Shown here: one piece after another, positions 54,038-64,000 of the stretch
How the letters are laid out: each line of letters begins with the position of its first letter
Position numbering within the stretch: position 1 is the first letter of the stretch
Origin: Diplonema japonicum
Taxonomy: Eukaryota > Protista > Euglenozoa: Diplonemea
Assembly: GCA_964019335.1 (NCBI GenBank)
Contig: OZ025712.1
Span: forward strand, 62,001-126,000
Direction of reading: 5' to 3'
Length of the DNA: 64,000 nt
Notes under the pieces: model-generated
Database searches by the model: none
Told to the model about the DNA's origin: nothing
The model's input: the letters and a program-made list of their open reading frames with translations, nothing else
Made by a program: the position numbers and the translations under genes

Positions 54038-55063
54038 TCAAATCCTCGAGAAGCCCGGACTGACCCACCCGCTGTTGCGGAGGTCTGTGTACCCGAGCTC
54101 CATGAGCTTTTCGAAAGAGGAGGCGAAGACCTCGTGGAACACGAGCTCGTTTTCGGCAAAGAGCTCAACATACTTCTTGAGTTCGGGGTCTTTGAGCAGG
54201 GCAAGGTCGGCGGGGAACATAGTGAGGTCGCTGCTGGTAAAGCAAGAGGCCTCTCCGGCACGACTGGTGGCCTTCCAGTCACCGTCGAGGAGTTCAAGGA
54301 AGTACGCGTTATTGAAGACAAAGGGAGTTGTTGTCCAATTTCCTTCAACACCTGTGAACTGTTTGTGCGTCCCACCTACCGTGTGCCCACCCATGAGGGC
54401 AACAAGCTCGGATCGTGACAAACCCATCTTGTAGAACACGTTCTTCACATGACCGATGCTTTTGTTCTGATCAGGTATCTTGGCGAGAAGTTCTTGCAGT
54501 TCGATGTCAAGTTCCTTCTCCTTTCTGCCGTACCGGAAGGTGATTCTTGGACCTCCCATCTCCTCCACTGCGACGCATCCTGCAAATGCGATTAAATCGG
54601 GCCACGTGATGGCAGGGTACTTGTCCTTTACAAGTTTGAGAAGCTGGATGCCCCTGTCCAAGCCGTTGCTGCAGGGGAGCTTGGCGTAGATGCAGGAGGG
54701 CTCGGCGAGACATCCGTTGAGCTGGCCGGTGTTTTGTTTTTTGTCGTAGAGACATGCTGATTGCCACGCGAGACGTAGGAATATAGGGCCGCAGCCGTAT
54801 CTCGAGATAACCATTGATATGTCGCCGGCAACATCTGCTGCTCTGTATGGTGCTGTGAAGGTGTGATAGAGAGTTTTCATGTCGTCCATTAGCTGCCACC
54901 CGAGGACGCCGAGGGGCACGACCATCCATATGAACAGAGCCCCGCTGCCTTCTCCTTTGTTGCCCCCCTTGTTCTCTTCCCTGCCGCTTGCTTCGAATCT
55001 TTTCCCCCATCGTGTCCTCACCAACCCCCGTGAAACCACTCTGCCCGCCCGCCCTATGTTCAT
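54038..55063 (-). CDS. Class I heme peroxidase (ascorbate/cytochrome c peroxidase-like), mitochondrial, with TM anchor; distal His replaced by Gln
   Basis: RLAWQ (normally RLAWH), VALMGGHTVG, GNWT..P..FNNAYF and PADLAL. Confidence 0.87.
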   Translation of the reverse strand: MNIGRAGRVVSRGLVRTRWGKRFEASGREENKGGNKGEGSGALFIWMVVPLGVLGWQLMDDMKTLYHTFTAPYRAADVAGDISMVISRYGCGPIFLRLAWQSACLYDKKQNTGQLNGCLAEPSCIYAKLPCSNGLDRGIQLLKLVKDKYPAITWPDLIAFAGCVAVEEMGGPRITFRYGRKEKELDIELQELLAKIPDQNKSIGHVKNVFYKMGLSRSELVALMGGHTVGGTHKQFTGVEGNWTTTPFVFNNAYFLELLDGDWKATSRAGEASCFTSSDLTMFPADLALLKDPELKKYVELFAENELVFHEVFASSFEKLMELGYTDLRNSGWVSPGFSRI

Positions 55064-55344
55064 TTTATTTCCCCTTTTCTTTTTTTTTGTTTTTGTTTTA
55101 GACAGAACTCTACGGGAGGGGAATGAAACAAAAGTAAAAGAAGCAAAAAAAAAGGGGGGGGTAAGAAATAGGGGTGGAGGGAGGGGGGGGTTTTTTTTTC
55201 TTTGGTAGAATCTTTTTTTTTTTTATATCATATAATAACATATTAAGTTTTCTTTTTGTTTTTTCTAGTTCATTTTTTTTTTTTTTCCCTCGGTTTTCTT
55301 CCTTTCCATTTTTTTTGTTTTTGTTTTTTTTTTGGTTTGTTCCT

Positions 55345-56986
55345 TCAAGCACAGATTGTTTTCAAGATGTTTCTTATCGCCTCTCCCGACGCAGGGGTGT
55401 CAGGTGGCGGAGGGTCGTCAGCAGCCTTTTCAAAAAAAAAACTTTTTTTTTTTCTTCATCCCCACACACACCGAATGCACGTATTCCCTCAACAATGAAC
55501 CCACTGTGGGTGTAATGGCAACAGGGTTGCTTGAGTTGATGTAATCTATCCCTTGGTCCTCCGCAACAATTTTGTATAAAGCCCGTGGTTCAACAGTACC
55601 GGACTTACTGGCGATGGGGGGCGAGAGGGGGCGAAGGAGGCTCGAAGCATGTAAAGAATCTAGCTTCACATAAGGCAGATCAATAAGCGTACCCATCTCA
55701 AGGTGGTGGTGATGTGAATGAGGCTGGTTATGAGCCTCTAAAGCTTGATTAGTCAAACATGCTGCCTCATCCCTTCTGGCTGCAGCATCAGCAGCTGCCA
55801 TGGCGATGCCATCTACACTATCGTCGTCAACTTCATTGTTGTCCACGAAGGTAGCAGACCCGTCGCTTACATTTTCCACGAATGTTGCACTTGTTGCGCT
55901 TGTTCTTGAAGAATGGTGAACGGTGTCGTCGTCAGCATCGCAGTCTGCCTCTTCCATGCTGTCCTCCGCGTGTGATGGAGGCGGTTGATGTGCAGGCCTC
56001 TTCCCGCCTTCTTTTTTTAACTTCTCTTCCTTCTCTTTTTCCATCCTCGCCAACCTCCATTGACTAACAGCCTGCAAAAGGCAACGCGTTCCCGAAGGTG
56101 CATTCTTCACGAAAGTATGTTCCAGCAATTGGTACGCCTGCGGGCGTTGATTGCACTCCTTGACAAGACAGGATTTTACAAAGTCATGGAAGCACACGGA
56201 CCATCCCGTATTTCGGTTCAACCCAGGAGGCGGGCCGCGTGGAATCTGGAACAACGCTCTCATAGGATGGAGGTTGTGGTGAGGCGGTGCGAGCTCAGCC
56301 ATTTCGATAGCGGTGATGCCCAACGACCATATGTCAGCTCTGCCATCATACTGCCGCTCCAGGATGACTTCAGGTGCCATCCAATATGTCGTTCCCACAA
56401 AAGTGTTTCTTTGCGACATTGTGGTAGCGAGTTGTGCACTGACACCGAAGTCGGCTAGTTTTACCTGACCGGAGTCGGTGAGGAGAATGTTGCCTCCTTT
56501 GACGTCACGGTGGATTTTGTTGTGTTGGTGTAAATATGTGAGGCCTTTGAGCGCTTCTCGGCAAACCGTTGAGATCTGCTCTTCAGAGAGTGGTTCTTCC
56601 GTGGTGGTGGTGATTTGCTCCACGCTTCCGCCGCCGCAGAATTCCATTGAGATCCATAGTTCGGCGCCTGTGAAGTAGCAACCTCTGTATGAAACGATGT
56701 GTGGGGAGTTACAGTCTCGTAGAATGGCTACTTCTCGCTTTACGTCGTCGAGGCCTTCGTTCTCATCCATGGGGATCACCTTTACAGCATCGAACACGTT
56801 GTTACTCACCCGTTTTGCTCTGTAGACCTTTCCGAAGCTGCCCCGGCCTACAAGTTCCCACTGAGGTGGTAGACCAACATACACCTCGTCCCATTTTGCG
56901 TCGCTTATTTCGATCCCTGTCGGGGCACCCGGTACACTAGCCATCTGTACATGCTGCCCGGGAGAAGGGGGCGACGGTGGACCCAT
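55345..56986 (-). CDS. STE20-family kinase (MAP4K/SIK1-like); intron 55426-55471
   Basis: GRGSFG, SMEFCGGGS, HRDVKGGN and GTTYWMAPE. The C-terminal GTLIDLPYVK..TPTVGSLL..IRNILKTI resembles the plant SIK1-type tail. Confidence 0.88.
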
Positions 56987-57645
56987 GGAATTCCTTTTTT
57001 TTTTTTGAGTGAATTTAAAAAAAAAAAAAAAGGACAACAAACACACTTTTCTTTTTTTTTTACCCCCCCGTTTTTTTTTTTTTTTCCTTTTTAAATTGTC
57101 CCTAAGGTTTCTCCTTCCCCGTTTTTTTTTTTCAGTAAGTTTTTTTTTTTTTTTGTGTTAAAAATGCTCTTTTTTTTTTCGTTAGTTTTTTTTTTTTTCT
57201 TCTTCTTTTTCCTTTTTCTCGTTTGGGTTAAGAAAGATTTTTTTTTTCTTTTTCTTTTAAAAAAAAACAAAACAAAAAAAAATGCGTTAGTAAAAAATAT
57301 TTTTTTAAAAAAAAGAGAGGGGAGGGAGGGATAATAAATGGTGAGGAGAGAGGGAAACAAAAAAAAAAGAAAAATAGTGGAAGAGCGTGTAATAAAGAGA
57401 AACAAAAAAAAAAAAAAAAAAAAAAAAACAAAGCAAAGTGGTGAGTGAATCAAGGATTACACCAAAAAGGAAAGTAAACAAAGTAAAAAAGACAAGTGTG
57501 CCAAGCCTCCAGAGGACAGCGAAAGGCAAACTATACCTTATTAAAAAAAAAAAAAAAAAAGAGGGGGAAGGAGAGAGAACATTTAAAGACGTTAGCCGAC
57601 ACTATTATTATATTTCTTCTTCCCCCTCCTCACCTCCACAGCCCA

Positions 57646-60600
57646 TCACCAACTTCTGTTATTATTATTATTATTATTATTGTTGCTCATTCCACCCCCG
57701 TTATGATGGCGCTGAGCACTCCCCATAGGTTTCTTCAACTTTGCGTTTACACGAGCGGTTATAAAACTGCTCGGATTGGTCAAGGTAGTGATCGTGTCAA
57801 GCATCTGGCGGCATATCTATATTTTTTTTTTTCTTTCCCCCCTCTCCCCGCCTCCCTCAATATACCGTTGCAGCTTCTTCCAGTGATATTTTATTCAACG
57901 CCCCCTTGGCAGCCTGGTCCAGTTTCCCTACAGCGATCGCTTCATCCACGGTGTCCCCTGCGCTGGTGTAGCCCTGTGGTGTATTTTTTCTTTCTTTGTA
58001 GGGGGTATACCTTCCACCCGCTCCTTCCCTCGTATCTCTGATTTTGGTGTTGTTGTGGTTGCCGTTGCTGTGTTCTGTTGTGCATCCTCCCCCCTTGCCG
58101 GTGGTGGCCATGTCCGTGGTCCATGTCTTGGTGCTTGTTGTGCTGCACTTGCTGCGGGGCAGGGGTTTCTGTTGGCTCGATGGTCTCATCCTTTTTATTT
58201 GTAAAAAAAAAGGGGGGGGAAAGAGGGGGGAAATTCATTAATACCTCCTGCTGCCCGTCTAGGATAAGCGCCACAACTGATGTCTCGTAAGGGTGGCACT
58301 TGTGGATGCGTGCCTTGATGCCTACGTTGTTGCCGTAGCCGATAGCGGCTGAGGCGTCTGTGTGAGAGTCGGAGGAGAGCAGCATTGTCTGTTTGTTTTG
58401 TTGTTGAGATTATATTTCTTTCGCAGTACCATGAAGACCCTGCAGCTCCTGGACCACAGCCTGCGCCGCGTTTTGTTCATCTGCAGTGCGCTCTCCGGGT
58501 CGAAGAGGAGGTACATGGCGACGTCCTGCTCCTCTCTGTCGTGGTCGAAGACCTCGTAGCACGCAGGCGTCATCACCACCACCGCCCTGCCGTCGCTTCT
58601 CATGGCAGAGCACGTCTCCTCATGCTGCTTCTCGTTGTCAGCGTCTGCCCACATCACAGTCGCGTAGTTCGGCACGTCGTTCAGCGTGCTCCTGACGCCT
58701 GCGACGTCCCTCTGGCAGCAGATGACTACAATCTTGTCCATGCCGGGAACCTTTAGGACTTGCGGCAGGATATCCATCTTCTGCCTGTGCCCCCTCAGCT
58801 GCAGAAATGTGTACGTCACGCCCACCGATGCGGGCAGCGCGTGCAGCACAGAGTGGTAGCAGATCTTGTCCCTCCGCAGGAACGGCTGCAGCTGCCTGTC
58901 GATGGGCGACGACATGTCTGTTGTGAAGGCGACGATCTGGACCTCTGTCTTGTTGTCCTTCGTCTGCTCCTTGAGCCTCTTGAGGATAGTGGGGAATGCG
59001 GTGTCGGCATGCGACCTGTCGAAACTGGTGCACTCGTCGACAACGAGGGTGTGCACCCTTTTCAGGGAGAGGCGGTTCATGTTGAGCAGTGCGGTGGCCG
59101 TGTCCATAGTGACGACAAGCACCTCAGCACCCATGGCACGCTCGGGGAAAGCGCCCTTGTACAGCGACACAGCAGGGCCGGGTGAGTTCAGCCTTGTAAG
59201 CACCTCTGCACCATTCTCCGCTGCGTTTTGATGTGGAACGAGGACAAGAATGCCTGGCTCGATGGCCATTCCGCTCCCGCCGCCGCCTTTCGTCAGCATC
59301 CGCTGCAGTGCGATGATGGCCCATGTCAGAACCTTGCCGGTGCCCTCCTTCGCAAGGGCGTACACGTCGTAGTCCTTAAGACCTTGCGGCAGGCACTTGG
59401 TTTGCAGTGGCAGTGGGTGGGTGATGCCTTCTTTGCTTAAGTTGTCGCACACGGCCCTGAAGTATGTGGTTGGTGGGGGAGGGGAGGGATGGGGACAGCA
59501 TACCTCATTACTTTTAACTCGCCGAAGGACTTGCTCGAGGTCATGCAGGCTTCGTCAGTGCGTGCTCCAAGCTTGCCCTTTATTTTGAATTTGCTTTCTC
59601 TCTCCTTTATCTCCTTCGCAGCCTCCTGCTCCCGCTCGAGCTGTTGCTTCCGTTCTCGTTCTCTCTTCAGGCTCCGTTCCCGTTCCCTTTCTTCCTTTTC
59701 GCGAAGCTTTGTCATTTTGTCTTGTTCCTCCTTCCATTGCCTTTCCTTCTCGGCTCTTTCCTTCTCCCACTTTGCCCGTTCTTCCTCCCGCTCTTTTTCC
59801 TTTCGTATCTCATTTTGCTTGGCTTCTTCCTTTTCCCTTTCGAACTCAAGCTCCCTCTTGTCCCGTGCAGTGTCCTTGTTGCTGTAGTGTGGCTGGGTCT
59901 GCCCCCTGTCCCTTGTGCTTCTTTCGGTGGAGTAGCCTTTCCCGCTTGATGGTCGTGAGTCCTTGTATTCACCCTGGTTCCCTCTGTATTCGCCTAGGCT
60001 CTTCTTGTATTCGCCTTGGCCCCCTTTGTGGTCACCCTGGTTCCCTCTGTATTCGCCTTGATTTCTTTTGTATTCGCCTTGGCCCCCTTTGTGTTCACCC
60101 TGGTTCCCTCTGTACTCGCTCTGACCCCTTTTGTACTCACTTTGGCTTCCTTTGTACTCACCTTGGCTCTTCTTGTATTCGCCCTGGCTCTCTTTGTGGT
60201 CGCTCTGATTCCCTCTGTATTCGTTGTTCCCTCTGTACTCACCTTGGTTCCCCTTGTGCTCACCCTGGCTCCCTCTGTACCCTCTATTGTGGTCCCTCGT
60301 GTCCTTGTGGACCTGGCTTTTTTGGTTCCAATGGTCCTGGTGGCTGGAGGCAGAGCTGCCCTTTTCCCCTTTACCGGTCCATCTTGGGTTGTTGTTGTTG
60401 CTGCTGCTGCTGTTGTTGTTGTACCTCCCCGCACCCTTGCCGTGTTGCTGGTTGTCATACGATGTCTTGGGCTGGGCACCTTTGCCGTTGCCCTTGCCGC
60501 CTGGTGCCTGCTCCGAATGGGTATCCCTTCTCACCGTAGTCTTCTCCCCGTCTCGTTTCACTGTAACTTTCGAGATTTTCTCCTTTATCGACACAGTCGT

Positions 60601-60723
60601 CTTCTCATCCCTGGCGGTGTACTGGGGTTGGCGCCCCCCCTTCCCTCCGCGACCCATTGGCATGGTTGAACGCCTGGTGTGGTTAGCTTTCTCTTTTTTT
60701 CTTCTTCTTTTTTTGTCATCCAT
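57646..60723 (-). CDS. Divergent DEAD-box-fold protein with low-complexity N-terminus and C-terminal hnRNP Q/R acidic(NURR)-like domain; introns 59457-59503, 58389-58429, 58191-58244, 57974-58010, 57817-57865
   Basis: Q motif (F.EL....GI..P.PLQ), GTGKV, LVLVP and VVDECT. Five GT-AG introns give one open frame. The start may alternatively be at 60663. Confidence 0.7.
59965..60285. repeat. Coding 21-bp tandem repeat (7-aa QGEY[KR]G[NS]-type units)
   Basis: About 15 imperfect units visible in the DNA and protein. Confidence 0.85.
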
Positions 60724-60793
60724 GGTTTCAAAAAACACTAATAAAAAGAAAAAGCCTTTTTTTTTTCCCTTCTTCTTTTCCATTCTCCTGTTC

Positions 60794-62139
60794 TTACGAA
60801 GATGTTGCTTTTTGTTTCGCAACACCATCACCTCCACGGCAAGACGGTGAAGGAGAGTAGGAGGTTGTGGTGGGGCTGTAAGGTGGGTTTTTTTTTTTTT
60901 TATTTCACTCTTCAGAAATTACTTCACGCACTGGGGGGCCCATTACTTCACGCTAAATCTCATTACTTCACGGTGAAATAATGGCCTGTTTTCCGTGAAG
61001 TAATAGGGGGTTTCCGTTAAATAATATGCCTCGGTAGGCCAATTTTTGCCTCGGTTCGGTTCCCAGTGGGGCTACTTTTTCCTCTCAGTTTGCTAGCTTC
61101 CCCCCAGGTTCAGCTCAATTGACCAACTTTTGCCTCGGCTCAGTTCCAAGTTGGACTACTTTTTCCTCCCAATTTGCCCACTTTTGGCTAGGCCTTGTTC
61201 CCAGTTTCTGGGGGTAACTCAGGGTAACTTAGTCAGCTTACCCAAGCACCCCAAATGACTTCAAAATACCGAAGCAGCAGAAAAAAAGGAGCCAGCGGCC
61301 GCGCCAGGTATGGGAAGGCCTGATTAGAGATGGTGACAGTGGCAATGCCAGCGACAGCGGCAGCTCTAAGTCAACAAAAGGAGGGAAAACAACTTGTATT
61401 GTAACCTTTGTAACCCCTCTCTTGTTGTACCCCTTGTCACCCTGTTGTGCCCCTCGTGGTGAAGTAATTTCAGAGTGTCGTGAAATAAAACCACTTACCT
61501 ACCGCCAAGTAATGCTTTACCGACCTCGAGGTAACGGTAAAGTCATTACTTGTTGGCAGTAAATAGCTATAATTTCACTCTTCTGAAATTACTTCACGCT
61601 CTCGGGGAGGACTTTTTTCCATTCAGTTTGCCAATTTTCCACACAGGTTCAGCTCAATTAGGCAACTTTTTTGCCTCGGCTCAGTTCCAAGTTGGACTAC
61701 TTTTTCCTTGGCCAACTTTTTCTATTTAGTCAGCTTACTAAGCTAGCAGAAAGGCCGCGCCAGGAGGAAACCCAGAGAGAGTCGTGAAATAAAACCGGAA
61801 TAGCGAAAATTCTTTTTTTTTTCCCCGCCCCGGAGCATACTTGCTGGCAACCTGAGCAGGGGTCTTTGCCGAGATCGAGAGAGCGTGGACGGGGCCTGCA
61901 AGCTCATCTGTCAATAAATCGTTCACCATCCGGTGACGCTGTACTAATTTTACACCTTCAAAAGCTTCGCTTACTACGATTACCTTAAAATGAGTCTCTG
62001 AGTTTTTCGGCACACTGTGCATGTGGCTCTCATTAATAACTTGCAGAGATATTGGGCTGAATTTTTCAGATAACTTTGTTTCTATAGTGCATTGCACAGG
62101 CCCCGCCATGTTAAGTAGTATTTGTGTAGCCCTCCTCAT
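60794..62139 (-). CDS. BOLA1: Mitochondrial BolA1-like protein; exons 62139-61841 and 60875-60794
   Basis: NESHMH..SETHFKV.VVS..F....V.RHR.V...HALSI.AKTP. Exon 2 supplies SPSCRGG (the BOLA1-type SP.C.GG tail) in the correct phase across a 965-nt GT-AG intron. Confidence 0.85.
60878..61498 (-). mobile_element. Non-autonomous TIR element (MITE / Introner-like) in the BolA intron, flanked by a 2-bp AG duplication
   Basis: Imperfect ~40-bp TIRs (GTAAG.TGGTTTT..ATTTCAC...GAAATTACTTCAC) and subterminal ATTACTTCACG repeats. Internal ~84-bp tandem unit; CT on both outer sides (+ strand). Confidence 0.7.
61559..61796. mobile_element. Second, internally deleted and more degenerate copy of the same TIR element
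   Basis: Collinear matches to 60901-60930, 61074-61167, 61229-61240, 61297-61308 and 61477-61492. Confidence 0.7.
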
Positions 62140-63366
62140 TCAGCTGTTTTTTTTCTCTTTTTTTTTTCCCTCAGAGGGAAGCAAAGAACAAAAAGGGGGG
62201 GGGGGGGATATATATAAATATAAGAATTAGCTTATTAAATACCATGCATACTTATGGGTATTTTCTTTTTTTTTTGTTTTGTTTTTTTTCTGTTCCCCCA
62301 TCGGGAAAAAAAAAAAAAAAAGTAAAAGAGGAGGGGTGAGAAGAAAGAAAGAAAATAGGACATAGGAGCCACCAATTGTTATGGCGGCTCTTCCCTACCT
62401 CACCCACCCACCCACCCACCGATTTCTCGTGTTATTTTTTTTTTTTTTTTTTTCCCTCTTCAGAATTCATTTTCTTCTCTTTCCTTATCTTTTTTTTTCC
62501 CCTTTCCCCCCCCCCTTTTTTTTCAATACTCGGTTCACCTTTTTTTTTGTCTGGCATCCGCCACACATGTTGCAACAGTACTCTGGAGAAGAAGGAGAAA
62601 AGAAAAAAGAGAAAAACACTCTGAAAAAGCTAGCCATATGAGGTGAAACAAACTACCCCCCCCCCCCCCCCCCCCTGGTAACATACCGTCGAGCACAAGA
62701 CTTTTTTTTTGGAAAAAAGAAAGAAGATTAAAAGAGGCGGGGGGAAAGAAAAGGTGAGAATGTTAATGCTAATTTACCCCCCCCCCCCGTTCTCTATGTA
62801 ATTATATTTTTTTTTTCCCTTTTCTCGCCCATACACAAATAAGAAAGTCACCCATTACACTATGATGGGGATAAGAGAAAAAAAAAAAAAACCTAGAATA
62901 TCCTGTCATCATAGCCAGAGCAATTTTGGTCTTTTTTTTTCTTCCTTTTTTTTATTTTATCCATGCGACCAAAAAAAAAAAAAAAAAAAAAAAACTCAAA
63001 GTGCAGGACAAAAAAAAAAAAAAAAAAAAAAAAAGGCGACTTTTAACGGGGGGAAGAGGTTAAAGAAAGACCACTTTTCAGAAAACAGAGATCGCCCGTT
63101 GTGCACTCCAGCAACCCTGGAACTTCCCACAAAAGTCTCTTTTTTTTTTTTTTTTTTTTTTTTTTGCCCGGGCTCTGATGTGGTTGCAAAAAGTCCTAAG
63201 AACTGCGTGTGTCCTTGCCAATATCAAACAAGAAAACTATTGCAAACTCTAGGCAAGGGGGATAGTGCCGGATAGTGCCCCCCCCCCCCCCTTTTTTTTA
63301 TATCCCCCCCTCTTCATTTTATTTTTGAAAAAAAAAAAAAAAAAATAACCCCAGCAAAATAAAAAA

Positions 63367-64000
63367 TCATCTTGTATAGGCTGGTAACGCGGCGATCTGT
63401 TTTCGGACAAAAGCGAGCTCCTCCTGGTAGCTTTGGCTGGGAGCCTCGCCGGGGGTGCAGGTTTCAGATGGGTCGGAAAAGAAATTGAGAAGCTTGTCCT
63501 TATTCATGGACAGAATTAGCTTGACTTCGTCCGTCTTGTTCGGGTTGCCGACAAACAACTTGAAAACATGGAAAGCTTCGAATTTAATATGTGCGGAGGT
63601 GTCACGGAGCAGGATCATAACCGCCTTGAGGTGCTGCGTCGATTGCGTCACCTTTGTCATAACACCAAAGTTCGATTTTCGAAGCAGCAGCTCACCGAGA
63701 ATTTTCAACGATTGTCGACGTGTCACATAATTCTGCTGAGGTTGCAACAGCTTCAAATACTGACCGAAAAACGGGGTGTAGTGAGCTGTCATATATTCCT
63801 CTGCAATAACCGGGTGTTTTGTCAACGCCTCCTTGAACGTCCAAAACGCATCGCTAGCAACTTCAAAATCTACCACATTGACGTACCTGAAGAATCTACG
63901 GAACAAAGAGCTTTCAAAAAACGCGGGTGTGATCTCTGTGTCTTTAGGGTGGTTGAGAAGTTTTCTGAGAATCGACTCGTGCCTTATCGCCTGTCTCAAG
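63367..64000 (-). CDS. MO25: MO25/CAB39-family scaffold protein (5' part outside the window)
   Basis: FEVASDAF.TFKE.LTKH, NYVTRRQSLKILGELLL and FEAFHVFKLFVGNPNK. Confidence 0.93.
   Translation of the reverse strand, partial: LRQAIRHESILRKLLNHPKDTEITPAFFESSLFRRFFRYVNVVDFEVASDAFWTFKEALTKHPVIAEEYMTAHYTPFFGQYLKLLQPQQNYVTRRQSLKILGELLLRKSNFGVMTKVTQSTQHLKAVMILLRDTSAHIKFEAFHVFKLFVGNPNKTDEVKLILSMNKDKLLNFFSDPSETCTPGEAPSQSYQEELAFVRKQIAALPAYTR

Noticed and set aside
61738-61840. Unspliced BolA C-terminus given by the ORF track
   Set aside because: It reads into intron/transposon sequence; the conserved SP.C.GG tail is in the downstream exon 60794-60875.

Overview
Eukaryotic (euglenozoan) nuclear DNA, most consistent with a diplonemid. 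The mitochondrial Hsp70 is kinetoplastid-like, essentially every gene is on the minus strand (one unidirectional cluster), and many genes carry short GT-AG introns, mostly 37-64 nt. The left 37 kb is a duplication-rich region. It holds ten copies of an unknown secreted 18-Cys protein in two arrays, two identical fumarate reductase-cytochrome b5 genes ending in the PTS1 signal AKL, and two mtHsp70 genes. It also holds highly divergent H4-like and H2B-like histone genes, a frameshifted H2A remnant, and two decayed LINE fragments. The spacers downstream of the Cys-rich genes contain RNA stem-loops conserved through compensatory base changes, in two different UTR classes. The right 27 kb is single-copy genes: carrier, SNAPIN, BFAR-like, PX-MAPKKK, WW-DEAH helicase, peroxidase, STE20 kinase, divergent DEAD-box protein, BolA and MO25. 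The BolA intron contains an Introner-like TIR element that starts GTAAGT, ends CTTAC and duplicates the acceptor AG, creating a potential recursive splice site. All calls come from manual reading; no searches or folding programs were run.
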